From IMG/VR virus record IMGVR_UViG_3300022700_000241: 64,000 nucleotides of DNA; one strand, 5' to 3'. Below are positions 56,179 through 64,000 of the stretch, piece by piece. Origin of the DNA: an uncultured virus (IMG/VR IMGVR_UViG_3300022700_000241). Its lineage: Duplodnaviria > Heunggongvirae > Uroviricota > Caudoviricetes. The notes beneath the pieces were generated by a model that did not search any database, was not told where the DNA came from, and saw only the letters and a list, made by a program, of their open reading frames with translations. How positions within the stretch are numbered: the stretch's first letter is position 1; each line of letters opens with the position of its first letter. The position numbers and the translations under genes were made by a program.

Positions 56179-56544
56179 CTACCCGAAGAGAGTGCGTTGC
56201 GGTTGGCTCGACGGGTCGTACTCCGACTCGAAGGCTTCTTTTAGCGTTCGGGCCTTCTTCTCAATACCTCGGATTCGCGCGTTGTAGTCGTCGAGGCATT
56301 CCTGTAGCTCCTCTCTGGTGGTGATAAAGAAGAACCCGTCGTTGCAGGAGCCGATGGGCTTTTCCCACTCTCCAATGAGCGTTTCCTTGATCGTTTTTCG
56401 GACGCCTGGAAACGTCGAGTCCGTCGAGTCGATTCCTGCGCGCCGGGCGATCTCCGCCGCCGTGCGGGCATTCTCTCTTCCCTTGGGGATGTGGTCCAGG
56501 ATTTCCTTCGCTTCGGGGTTGGTCCCGTCGTCGGGGTAGCTCAT
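56179..56544 (-). CDS. Winged-HTH DNA-binding protein
   Basis: IPKGRENARTAAEIARRAG..VRKTI..PIGS..GFF..EEL pattern. Confidence 0.65.
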   Translation of the reverse strand: MSYPDDGTNPEAKEILDHIPKGRENARTAAEIARRAGIDSTDSTFPGVRKTIKETLIGEWEKPIGSCNDGFFFITTREELQECLDDYNARIRGIEKKARTLKEAFESEYDPSSQPQRTLFG

Positions 56545-56609
56545 GGCTCAAGACTACAAGTGCGAAAGAATCGGTACAGGTGGACGCCCCGGCAGAGGCG
56601 ACCGTCTCT

Positions 56610-56816
56610 TTATCCGACTTCGCCGACGTGCTCGCGGAGGTCAACGGTTTCGTGGTACGGGCACGCCGGGCAGTCGATAGATACGTCTCCGCAGAACTGG
56701 TCCATGTCCACCCAGCCCGCGTGCCCGCATCCTGGGCATCGGACGTAGGCGGTTTTGTCTGGGTTGTTGGGGAAGAAGTACCCCTCCCCTACGAGGGTGG
56801 GTACGTCGTTGCTCAT
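56610..56816 (-). CDS. Small zinc-ribbon protein
   Basis: CPGC..CPAC. Confidence 0.6.
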   Translation of the reverse strand: MSNDVPTLVGEGYFFPNNPDKTAYVRCPGCGHAGWVDMDQFCGDVSIDCPACPYHETVDLREHVGEVG

Positions 56817-57424
56817 TCTTCTTTTTCCTCCTGCGTATTGGATGGGAGCTTGCGAATTTCTCCCTCGGGGCCAACGTACTCGTAGAGCGTCGAGTCGCTA
56901 ATGCCGAACTGATCGGCGATCTCTGCGACCGTGAGATCGTTGTCCTGTCGGTTGGCCATGAGAGTGGCGATTTGCTTCACCTCACTGTCGTCAACCTTCG
57001 ATGGCCGACCGCCCATGCGCCCGCGCTCCCGAGCGCTCTCAAGTCCCTCCTGCACCCGCTCGTTGATGCGTTCTCGCTCGAACTGCGCAAGCGCACCGCT
57101 CACGTGAAACCAGAACCGGCCTTGCGGGGTCTCCAGGTCGATCATCTCCTGGACGACATAAAGGTCTGCCCCGATCTCATGGGTGATCCGTTCGGCCTTC
57201 AAGATGAGATCCTTGAGGTCCCGGCCCATGCGCTTGAGGCGGGTAATGACGAAGGTATCCCCCTCACGAAGGGCGTCGAGCGCCTTCTGTAGCTCGGGTT
57301 TCACCTTTGCGGCCCCGGAAATTTCTTCCGAGTAGATACGGTCGCAGTCCTCCCCTTCGAGGGCGTCGATCTGCCGGTCCAGGTTTTGCTTCGAGGTCGA
57401 TACTCGGGCGTAGCCAATCTTCAT
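56813..57424 (-). CDS. Serine recombinase (resolvase/invertase family)
   Basis: MKIGYARVST..QNLDRQ, EEISGA, LREGD, RMGR, AQFERERINERV..GL..AR.RGRMGGRP, and a C-terminal HTH. Confidence 0.95.
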   Translation of the reverse strand: MKIGYARVSTSKQNLDRQIDALEGEDCDRIYSEEISGAAKVKPELQKALDALREGDTFVITRLKRMGRDLKDLILKAERITHEIGADLYVVQEMIDLETPQGRFWFHVSGALAQFERERINERVQEGLESARERGRMGGRPSKVDDSEVKQIATLMANRQDNDLTVAEIADQFGISDSTLYEYVGPEGEIRKLPSNTQEEKEE

Positions 57425-57444
57425 GGTGGGCTCGGGGCTATCGG

Positions 57445-57753
57445 TTACGGATACGCTTCAAGGTCGTGCTCTCCGTTGAGCGTGCGGAGCGCGTCAAAAA
57501 GCCGCTTGCAGGCGGATTCCTCTGCCTGGAGCGCGGCGTGCTCGTGTACGCGCATCGGCTCCAGAACGGCGTCGCAAAAGGCAAGCTGCGGCTCGTAAAG
57601 GTCATCTTCGGTCTGCACGACCAGCAGGGGCACGCCCTCCACCTCGCGCTTCCAGATGAATGGCGGTCCCTTGCGGACTACGATCCAGCCGTCTGGGAGG
57701 GCCGGGTCTTGCTCGCCTTCGGTCAGATGCGGAAAGTCGGTAAGGTCGCTCAT
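57445..57753 (-). CDS. Hypothetical protein
   Basis: ORF in the co-directional array; acidic composition. Confidence 0.6.
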   Translation of the reverse strand: MSDLTDFPHLTEGEQDPALPDGWIVVRKGPPFIWKREVEGVPLLVVQTEDDLYEPQLAFCDAVLEPMRVHEHAALQAEESACKRLFDALRTLNGEHDLEAYP

Positions 57754-57765
57754 GTCAGTAAGGAG

Positions 57766-58128
57766 TTATTCGGGGTGAGTGTCGCGGTCCTCCAGGCCGA
57801 CGCCCTTGCGGGCAAGGTACCCCTGGAGGACGGAAGTGAGATTGTCCTGTAGTAAGTCGGTAGTCTCCCAGGCACCATCCACGTGATCTGGGCAGACGTG
57901 CAGGTAGGCGCAGTCGTCTTCGTCTGTCTCACCGGAGCCCGGGGACGCAGAGATTTTGACCTCAATCCAGCCGTCGAGTCCGGGGACAGCGCGGGCAAAG
58001 GAGGCCGAGAGGCGGTCTGGAAGGCCGGAGCGAGCGGGGCGGGCAGTCTTCCCGCAGCCCTCGACATCGCACCGTACTTCCTCAACTTCTGCTTCGACCT
58101 CGATGATTTCGGTTTCGGTAGTTCGCAT
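57766..58128 (-). CDS. Hypothetical Cys-containing protein
   Basis: CDVEGC..HVCPDH; start placed at ATG 58128. Confidence 0.6.
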   Translation of the reverse strand: MRTTETEIIEVEAEVEEVRCDVEGCGKTARPARSGLPDRLSASFARAVPGLDGWIEVKISASPGSGETDEDDCAYLHVCPDHVDGAWETTDLLQDNLTSVLQGYLARKGVGLEDRDTHPE

Positions 58129-58148
58129 AGTGGCAGCGGCGTTCGAGA

Positions 58149-58400
58149 TTAAAAGGGCAGTTCGGGGTCGTTGGCCTCGTCTCGGTAATCCTTCCGAAAG
58201 CCAATGTCCTCCATCTCGATAAACTGGCGACGCGCCCGCGATTCCATGTCCTCCACAGGCTGCACGCATGTAATCTCGTGGCCTCTATTTTCTGCCAGCG
58301 TACGGATGACCTCCTCCTCTCGGGGGAGCCGCGCGACGGCGTGCATCTGCTTCCCCCACCGACCGCCCATACGGTAGCAAATGTGTTTTGGGTAGCTCAT
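58149..58400 (-). CDS. Hypothetical protein
   Basis: Start overlaps the upstream stop; ends in ELPF. Confidence 0.55.
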   Translation of the reverse strand: MSYPKHICYRMGGRWGKQMHAVARLPREEEVIRTLAENRGHEITCVQPVEDMESRARRQFIEMEDIGFRKDYRDEANDPELPF

Positions 58401-58774
58401 TGGTGGGGCTCCATTTGTCGGATTCGCTTATCGGTGTCCCGGTTTTTATCGCCGCGCTCGGGCATTTCTTCGAGGCGCTCCGGGAGCGTCGGCGTCGGTG
58501 CCCAGTGCGTCACTCGGGCATAGAGCCCGTTTTTGTCAGGGCGCACTGCAAAGTGGGCCGCCTCGCCCGGAACGTCGAACTGCTCATCGCCGACGTACGT
58601 GGCGCGAAGGGTCGTGCGGTCTTCGTCGAGATGCCCTCGTATGACCGTAGCTGCTACCTCTACCTCGGTCCCGGGCTCTGGAAGCTCATCGGTTGCATTT
58701 CGCCAGCCCCCGGGAATCAACTCTCTTTCGGGTTCGACTTGCTCGCTTTCCTCTTCATTCTGCGATTGGCTCAT
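58397..58774 (-). CDS. Hypothetical protein (DUF551-like ends)
   Basis: WRNATDELPEPG...VTHWAP.P.LP pattern. Confidence 0.6.
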   Translation of the reverse strand: MSQSQNEEESEQVEPERELIPGGWRNATDELPEPGTEVEVAATVIRGHLDEDRTTLRATYVGDEQFDVPGEAAHFAVRPDKNGLYARVTHWAPTPTLPERLEEMPERGDKNRDTDKRIRQMEPHQ

Positions 58775-59204
58775 CCGTCGTCTGGTGGTTGGTTCGCAAG
58801 ATGCCGAATGACAGGGCGCCGAACCGGACGCCCTTCAATTCCTCTCTGTCCCGAGAAAAGGTCTCCTTCTCCTCAAGGATGGTATGTACCTCGATTCCCT
58901 CTGGGAGGTGCTGGTACCAGTGAGCAGGAAAGAGCCACAGGACAGATCCGTCGTCGTAGGTTCGGAAAATTTGCATCCCGACCCTCTCAAGGTATTCTGG
59001 AGGCGCGACACGGAGTGCAGCAATGTCGGCCCGGTCGGTGGGAACCCACTCCGGGTCCTCAATCTCGTCGGGGCGCTCCCGCGGGGCAAAGTTGAACTCA
59101 ATGTCTCCCGGATCAACATCCTCCCCTACCAGATCGTTGTCCGCGAGAAACCTCTTGAGGCTACCAAGAAACCCAGGGTCGAGGGGCGGTTCTTTGTCGG
59201 TCAT
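58755..59204 (-). CDS. Hypothetical protein
   Basis: Start placed at ATG 59204; LWLFP..WY..LPEG..RFGALSFG. Confidence 0.6.
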   Translation of the reverse strand: MTDKEPPLDPGFLGSLKRFLADNDLVGEDVDPGDIEFNFAPRERPDEIEDPEWVPTDRADIAALRVAPPEYLERVGMQIFRTYDDGSVLWLFPAHWYQHLPEGIEVHTILEEKETFSRDREELKGVRFGALSFGILRTNHQTTDEPIAE

Positions 59205-59205
59205 G

Positions 59206-59439
59206 TCAGTTTTGGCTCGTTGGGCTGTAAAGGTCCATGCTCGATTCGATGTAGGCCTCCTCCATGCGCTCGGAGATCCCGACAAACGGGACCTTGAACG
59301 TGTCCTCTCGGGAGGTGTCCCACTGCGGCTCATCTACGTCCTTCGTCACGATCAACTCCTTCCCCGAGAGGTCGTAGTGGGCATATCCCTTTTCTCCGTC
59401 GGGGAAGATGATCTTCTGTACGATCCTTGGCTTTTCCAT
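59206..59439 (-). CDS. Hypothetical protein
   Basis: 77-aa ORF filling the gap in the operon. Confidence 0.55.
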   Translation of the reverse strand: MEKPRIVQKIIFPDGEKGYAHYDLSGKELIVTKDVDEPQWDTSREDTFKVPFVGISERMEEAYIESSMDLYSPTSQN

Positions 59440-59445
59440 CGGTGG

Positions 59446-60381
59446 TCACAGTAGCGGTTCAGAGCGCCGCTCTACGGTGAGAGTGGCGCCGATACGTCGA
59501 AGGTTGTCTCCAGGCCCCTTCCCCCAGCCTGGGTCCGAAAGGTGGTCGCTTGCCGTCAGTCCGATTCGCAAAAAGGGCACCGGTGGCACGTCGACATCAA
59601 CCCCAAAGGCGCTGAACTCCACACCGGGAATAGATCGGGAAACCTCTACGTCATAGCCGAACCCGGCAGGGCCGAAGGCCTCTCCGCGGGCTTCTACGCG
59701 CCACTCTCCTGGTCGGAGCGTCAAGAAATACTGCATCCGGGGGTAGGGTAGTGTAAGAGTTTTCCAGGTCCGCATCGGCGCCTCAACGCGGGCGGTAAGC
59801 CCCGGGCTCTCCAGGATGAGGAGCGGCGCTACGGTATCCCAGTAGCCGATGGACGGGCACTGCGGTGCGTCGGGCGGCCAGTTTGGCGCCCGGCCCCCAT
59901 TGCATCCAGAGACGCCGACCTCCCACCGCGCCGCGAAATAGTCGTGCCGTCCCTCACGAGACTTGTACTGCCAGATGTGGTGAACGCCGCGCCGCTGAAC
60001 AACCCCGCCGAGACGGAGCGCCCAGTCCGCAATGAGATCCACTGACAACGCCAATGCGAAGGAGCGCCTGTATTCGAGCACCTTCCCGGCCTCCACATTC
60101 CAGAGCGATCCGGCAATTTTTGCCTCATCGGCGCCCCACCAGACTCCGCCAATTGACGCTTCGCTCCACACGAGTCCCCAGGCGCCCTCCACCGATGCGT
60201 CGATGGACATCCGGTTCATGTAGGTCTTATCTCCCCCACCCCATTGCTCTACAGTAAACCCGAGGTCGGCTTTCGCTGTCTGTCCAGAGCTTAGGTCCGC
60301 CAGAAGCGCCCAGAGCAAAACCAGGGCGGCGGCGACAACGATGGCTCGCCACAAGTTCTTGTACGTGAGAAGGCTGTTCAT
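59446..60381 (-). CDS. Exported, possibly outer-membrane beta-strand protein
   Basis: N-terminal signal peptide; many aromatic alternating strands; a Cys pair. Confidence 0.6.
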   Translation of the reverse strand: MNSLLTYKNLWRAIVVAAALVLLWALLADLSSGQTAKADLGFTVEQWGGGDKTYMNRMSIDASVEGAWGLVWSEASIGGVWWGADEAKIAGSLWNVEAGKVLEYRRSFALALSVDLIADWALRLGGVVQRRGVHHIWQYKSREGRHDYFAARWEVGVSGCNGGRAPNWPPDAPQCPSIGYWDTVAPLLILESPGLTARVEAPMRTWKTLTLPYPRMQYFLTLRPGEWRVEARGEAFGPAGFGYDVEVSRSIPGVEFSAFGVDVDVPPVPFLRIGLTASDHLSDPGWGKGPGDNLRRIGATLTVERRSEPLL

Positions 60382-60671
60382 GGGCCTGTGATGTTCGTCG
60401 GAAGGTGCTCAAAGTCATCCGGGGAAGCACTCGTCCCGTGCCAGGACTTCCTCGGGCGAATAATGTACTCAAATGGATCCCGAAGAAGCCGAGCGCAGGC
60501 GAGGATTGCGCCCTCTTCCGACTCGAAGAAGCGGGGCCGTTTGTCGGCGGGCTCGGGGACAACCCACGGATTTTTGAGTCGCAGTTCCCAGGGCCACCTC
60601 TCCATCGATTCCTGGATAATGTCGGGGGCCGACTCGTAAGCCCGCGGGTCCGGGGCGGGCGGGTCGTACAT
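60378..60671 (-). CDS. Hypothetical protein
   Basis: ORF whose stop overlaps the downstream start. Confidence 0.55.
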   Translation of the reverse strand: MYDPPAPDPRAYESAPDIIQESMERWPWELRLKNPWVVPEPADKRPRFFESEEGAILACARLLRDPFEYIIRPRKSWHGTSASPDDFEHLPTNITGP

Positions 60672-60673
60672 GG

Positions 60674-60961
60674 TCACTTGCTTTGCTCGGTGGCAGAGAC
60701 AACGGATTCCTCCTCGCCGGAGCCCGGCCAGAACGCGCCCTCGATGTACTTCTGGACGGCCTTCGGGGCAAACGCGCCGACAATCCAGACGAGCACGAGG
60801 TTGAAGAGGAAGCTCAAGTTTCCGGGCTCTTGCCCCTGGTACACAATAAGGCCGATGAGGCCAGTCAGGGCAACGCCCACGAAGAGTGAAACGAGAGAGG
60901 CGAGCCGCATCGAGGAGGGCTTGCCCTGGTGGTCGGTAAGGTATCCGTTCTTGGACTTCAT
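60674..60961 (-). CDS. Small 2-TM membrane protein (holin-like)
   Basis: GKPSSMRLASL-TM..TM-GAFAPKAVQKY.E; start at ATG 60961. Confidence 0.6.
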   Translation of the reverse strand: MKSKNGYLTDHQGKPSSMRLASLVSLFVGVALTGLIGLIVYQGQEPGNLSFLFNLVLVWIVGAFAPKAVQKYIEGAFWPGSGEEESVVSATEQSK

Positions 60962-60962
60962 G

Positions 60963-61403
60963 TCACTGGTTGGGGCTTTCGTCGAAGAATGATGACGGGA
61001 GGTATCCGGGCGGCTCCCGGAGAAGGTCGTCCTTGAGCAATAGACGGGCCATCTCGGCGGCGGTCTTCTCACCGACATTTGCCCGGCGCATGATCGATCC
61101 TTTCTGGACCGAGCGGGCCATCTCACCGGGCGTATCGAACTTGAGTGCCGCGGTAACCACGCGCTCGCTGACGGGAATGTGCCGGTCGATCCAGGTGTCG
61201 ATGTCTTCATCCCCGTCCGGGCGAACATGCGGGGCCACGATCTGCTCGAAGCACCGCTTGTGGAAGATGCCACGGTGCCCAGTCACGGAAAAGAGGGGAC
61301 CGTCACCGTAGTTGTTGATCTCGCCTTTCCTGGTAGCGATGGCAGGGGATCCCTCTTCGATCTCTTTCCGGCAAATCCCACAGGTGGGCCGGTCAGTGTC
61401 CAT
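60963..61403 (-). CDS. Zn-finger plus RNA polymerase alpha-CTD-like protein
   Basis: CGIC..HKRC; C-terminal VSERV..RRANVGEKTAAEMARLL resembles the alpha-CTD NLGKKS helix-hairpin-helix motif. Confidence 0.5.
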   Translation of the reverse strand: MDTDRPTCGICRKEIEEGSPAIATRKGEINNYGDGPLFSVTGHRGIFHKRCFEQIVAPHVRPDGDEDIDTWIDRHIPVSERVVTAALKFDTPGEMARSVQKGSIMRRANVGEKTAAEMARLLLKDDLLREPPGYLPSSFFDESPNQ

Positions 61404-61572
61404 AGAGCGCGCGTTTTGCTTCTCGATAGATGGCCACATTGATGGCCGTGAGTACGGCCACAAATAAGGTGGCGTGGTGGAAGATCCCCTCCAGTCGGGC
61501 CGACGAGTAGGTCAGTCCGGCAAGGGCGAAGATGAGCCCAAGCAGGAGGGCGTGCGGCTTGGTCTCGGGCAC
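61393..61572 (-). CDS. Small 2-TM protein (59 aa, below the ORF-track cutoff)
   Basis: Read manually: GTG start, (M)PETKPHALLLGLIFALAGLTY..ATLFVAVLTAINVAIY..GH*. Fills the gap between neighbouring genes. Confidence 0.5.
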   Translation of the reverse strand: MPETKPHALLLGLIFALAGLTYSSARLEGIFHHATLFVAVLTAINVAIYREAKRALYGH

Positions 61573-61578
61573 GGGCTT

Positions 61579-61839
61579 TTAGTTTTGCGAGGCAGGGCGA
61601 TCTGCGTCCTCTGGGTCCCCGTCCGTGGTGTAGAAGACCGATACCTCTACATCTCTCGGGTGAAGGACCGAGGCCTTTGCGTCGAGTTTATCGCGGTCGA
61701 TAGCGATGTCAAAATGGAGAGAGGCCTTCCGCGGGTCGAGCCCGAGGTAGTAAATCGACGCCACGACAAAGGTGGAAATGGCCTGCTCGGCGAAAGCCTT
61801 GGCCTGCTCGAAGGCGGTTTCGGAGACAGAGTTTGCCAT
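61579..61839 (-). CDS. Hypothetical protein
   Basis: 86-aa ORF in the array. Confidence 0.5.
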   Translation of the reverse strand: MANSVSETAFEQAKAFAEQAISTFVVASIYYLGLDPRKASLHFDIAIDRDKLDAKASVLHPRDVEVSVFYTTDGDPEDADRPASQN

Positions 61840-62026
61840 TGTCAGTTGGAGTGCAGAAGCATGATAGCGATCATGGAGAGCACAAACAGGAGGACCAGGG
61901 TGAACTCAATCGGGTCCTCGATTCTCTTTCGGCTTCGGTTGTGCATCGTACTGGAGGTCGAGAGAAGAGGACTCTCTGGGGCCGCTGGTAAGCGGACGCC
62001 TCGGACGCGACCGTGTTCGGCGGCCC

Positions 62027-62407
62027 TCAAATCTCATCCGGCCAGTCTTCGGCGAACTGGTGGTCTTCGGTGATACCTCTTATCCCGAGACGTTGGGCAA
62101 CCTCATTCTGCACGCGCTGGGAGTACCAGCCGCGCGGCTTCTGGTCGGACCGGAACTCCGCGGCAACCTCCTCGAACGTCTCCAGCACGTCGGACACGGT
62201 GATGTCGGAGTCCTCCAGGCGGCGATGCTGGAGTAGAAACCGGATGAATCTGGACGCTGCCCCGATGGCGTGCTGGAAGCCACGCCGGAAGGCCTTTTCC
62301 TCTTCAACGAGATTTCCGTCTTCGTCGGTTTGGTTCTCTGGGAGTTGCGTCATGCTTCCTCGGATCTGGTTCGAGAGGCGGTTCGCAATCTCTTCTGGGA
62401 TCGGCAT
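62027..62407 (-). CDS. Hypothetical protein
   Basis: Start placed at ATG 62407; EEKAFRRGFQHA motif. Confidence 0.6.
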   Translation of the reverse strand: MPIPEEIANRLSNQIRGSMTQLPENQTDEDGNLVEEEKAFRRGFQHAIGAASRFIRFLLQHRRLEDSDITVSDVLETFEEVAAEFRSDQKPRGWYSQRVQNEVAQRLGIRGITEDHQFAEDWPDEI

Positions 62408-62420
62408 GGTCGACTGGAAT

Positions 62421-62855
62421 CTATGGGTGTGTCGGCGCAACCTCCGTTCCGGTCTCGTCTACGATCTCCAGAGCGCGGACCAACGAGGACGCTTGGACCT
62501 CCTCGCGCATCTTCTCGTCGCCCTGGATTGCGTCGTAGGTCGCCCAGCCTTCCTCATCGAGAATGCGCTTTTTGGCCACATCGTGACGGTCCTCCTCGAA
62601 GCCGTCGAGCAGAGACCGAATCCGCCGGATGATTTGAACCTTACTCTCCTGGACCTGCACCTCCAGGGTCGGGTTCTCTACCTGCGACTCGTCAAACTCG
62701 ACGCTGACCTTGGTGAACGGCTCGTCGAAGAATACGTCCGGGATTTCGACGCTCATCTCTACGCCACGTTGCCCGGACTTGAGAGACGGCTTCTGGACCT
62801 TGTTCATCTTCTCAATGCCGTCCTCGGAGAAGACAAGGAAAAAGGAATCTTTCAT
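62421..62855 (-). CDS. Hypothetical protein
   Basis: 144-aa acidic ORF. Confidence 0.6.
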   Translation of the reverse strand: MKDSFFLVFSEDGIEKMNKVQKPSLKSGQRGVEMSVEIPDVFFDEPFTKVSVEFDESQVENPTLEVQVQESKVQIIRRIRSLLDGFEEDRHDVAKKRILDEEGWATYDAIQGDEKMREEVQASSLVRALEIVDETGTEVAPTHP

Positions 62856-62873
62856 GGTCTGGGTTGGTCTTGG

Positions 62874-63509
62874 TTATTCGGCTCGTGCATAGTCGTAGGC
62901 GCTCGGGTCGGCATCCCGGCCCAGTATGAGCGCTTGGTTGTCGACCGGAATGAAGGCAGAGTGCCCCAGCCTGCCAATCCACCGGTAGATTTCCTCGGCG
63001 TGGTCCCCGAGTCGGTCGACTGGAGCGTTGGCAAGCCAGTTGAGTTGGGCTGCCGTGATGATGTCGTGGTGATCTCGGAGGATCACCTTCGCACGGCGTT
63101 GGGCGGACCCGCTTAGAGCGGATAAATCATGCTCGGCCTGGGCCTCTACCCATTTAGGCGCTCTCTGAGCGGCCCTCATTTTCTTCCGTAGCCCTTGACC
63201 GCCCGCATCGTACTCCTCCGACAACGGACCGGCCATAATCGAGGGACTGTAGGGCTGGGTGATGGTCCATCGCGTCGGATCGATGACTTGCGATCCGCGC
63301 TCGATCCATCCGTGAGGGATGATTGGCCGATTAGCAAACTGGGACTCCGGATGGACCGGGCCGTTGTACGTCCCATACCGCGGCGCGCCTTCCACAATCT
63401 CAAGGCGAAGCATCCCTGCGGCCACTGCGAAGCAGTTACCCGGCCAGTTGCGGACGGGAATGTCGATCTTTCTCGCTACGTTCTTCGGGTCGAGTCGGGA
63501 CGGGTGCAT
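62874..63509 (-). CDS. Hypothetical protein with possible papain/transglutaminase-like Cys-His-Asp triad
   Basis: GNCF..PHGWI..VIDPT. Confidence 0.6.
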   Translation of the reverse strand: MHPSRLDPKNVARKIDIPVRNWPGNCFAVAAGMLRLEIVEGAPRYGTYNGPVHPESQFANRPIIPHGWIERGSQVIDPTRWTITQPYSPSIMAGPLSEEYDAGGQGLRKKMRAAQRAPKWVEAQAEHDLSALSGSAQRRAKVILRDHHDIITAAQLNWLANAPVDRLGDHAEEIYRWIGRLGHSAFIPVDNQALILGRDADPSAYDYARAE

Positions 63510-63523
63510 CGGGCTGGCGTTGA

Positions 63524-63754
63524 CTACTGGATAGAAACGACCTCGAAATCGGTGGCCTCCAGATCGTCGGGGATTGAATCGGGGTGACAGTCGAACACGT
63601 AGTCGAACTCCGAGCCCCGGACCTTAGATCGAGCGTAAGAACGTAGCCTCTCCCCCTCTCGCGGGACCGGTTCTTTGGTCCCGAGAGGCACCTGGACGAG
63701 TGCCTTGAACGTGATCTCGACGATGGCTTCGCGTTCGTGCTTTTCTTGGCTCAT
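63524..63754 (-). CDS. Hypothetical protein
   Basis: Start moved to ATG 63754 because the longer ORF overlaps the tRNA-like gene. Confidence 0.55.
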   Translation of the reverse strand: MSQEKHEREAIVEITFKALVQVPLGTKEPVPREGERLRSYARSKVRGSEFDYVFDCHPDSIPDDLEATDFEVVSIQ

Positions 63755-63783
63755 CGGTCCTGTAGCTTTGGAAAAGAGAACAG

Positions 63784-63914
63784 CGCCCCAGGTCGGACTC
63801 GAACCGACAATGTGGGTGGGAATATCATCCCGAAGGTGAACCAGCGCTTCCCCGGTCATTGCCAACTCTACCACAGGACAGCATCCCGCGTATCACCAAT
63901 TCCGCCACTGGGGC
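63784..63914 (-). tRNA. tRNA-like gene (possibly Asp-GUC) with ~50-nt insertion in the anticodon loop
   Basis: Acceptor stem GCCCCAG/CTGGGGC with discriminator G. D arm TGGCGGAATTGGTGATACGC. T arm GTCGG-TTCGAGT-CCGAC. GGATG-CT-GTC at the anticodon position. No encoded CCA. Confidence 0.7.
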
Positions 63915-64000
63915 CGGAGGTGCGTCTACCAGCACACCTTCACATCTGTTGCTTCCTTAATCCATCCCCGCGTTACGTACGGGGGCCAATCTTCTGGCCA

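Noticed and set aside
56813..57424. Serine recombinase as a DNA invertase or transposon component
   Set aside because: I saw no flanking inverted repeats, no invertible cassette and no transposase. All neighbours are co-directional. A computational inverted-repeat search was not possible.
55264..63116. Long plus-strand ORFs in the right-hand block (55264-56037, 58388-59095, 62013-63116)
   Set aside because: Antisense shadows of the tightly packed minus-strand genes.
63755..63874. N-terminal extension of ORF 63524-63874
   Set aside because: Overlaps the tRNA-like gene; ATG 63754 gives a more plausible start.
1..64000. Reverse transcriptase systems (DGR, retron), terminase/portal/tail genes, rRNA
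   Set aside because: No supporting motifs recognised by eye. Absence is not proven without profile searches.

Overview
High-GC window with very acidic (halophile-type) predicted proteins. It looks like most of the genome of a virus, or plasmid-like prophage, of an extremely halophilic bacterium. Salinibacter/Rhodothermota is the inferred host group, from the bacterial DnaB, two peptidoglycan hydrolases and starts lacking Shine-Dalgarno sites. The layout has three parts. First, a 5'-truncated dnaB and a repeat-rich non-coding gap. Second, a roughly 50 kb plus-strand virion/late block (1785-52300) with more than 20 membrane-anchored proteins, a transglutaminase-like Cys protease, a RadA/Sms-like ATPase, three giant modular proteins (1244, 2140 and 3952 aa), a paralogous pair of candidate single jelly-roll capsid proteins and a lysis cassette. 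The 3952-aa protein is a DarB-like ART/methylase/SNF2 polyvalent protein with a class-3 intein. Third, a convergent minus-strand block of small genes (ParB, primase Zn finger, serine resolvase, Lar-like, tRNA-like gene with a 50-nt anticodon-arm insertion). I recognised no terminase, portal, HK97 capsid or tail genes, so a large tailless internal-membrane virus is inferred. The most striking unexplained signal is a pair of protein-level motifs confined to the virion block. R-x-N-P (43 copies counted by eye in 9 proteins) punctuates the giant proteins at domain boundaries, and a basic N-terminal leader ending in G-[LM]-[GSA] occurs on about 15 small membrane proteins. Together with the membrane-anchored Cys protease, these suggest a polyprotein-processing or virion cargo-sorting system. 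All domain calls come from motif recognition by eye; no searches were run.
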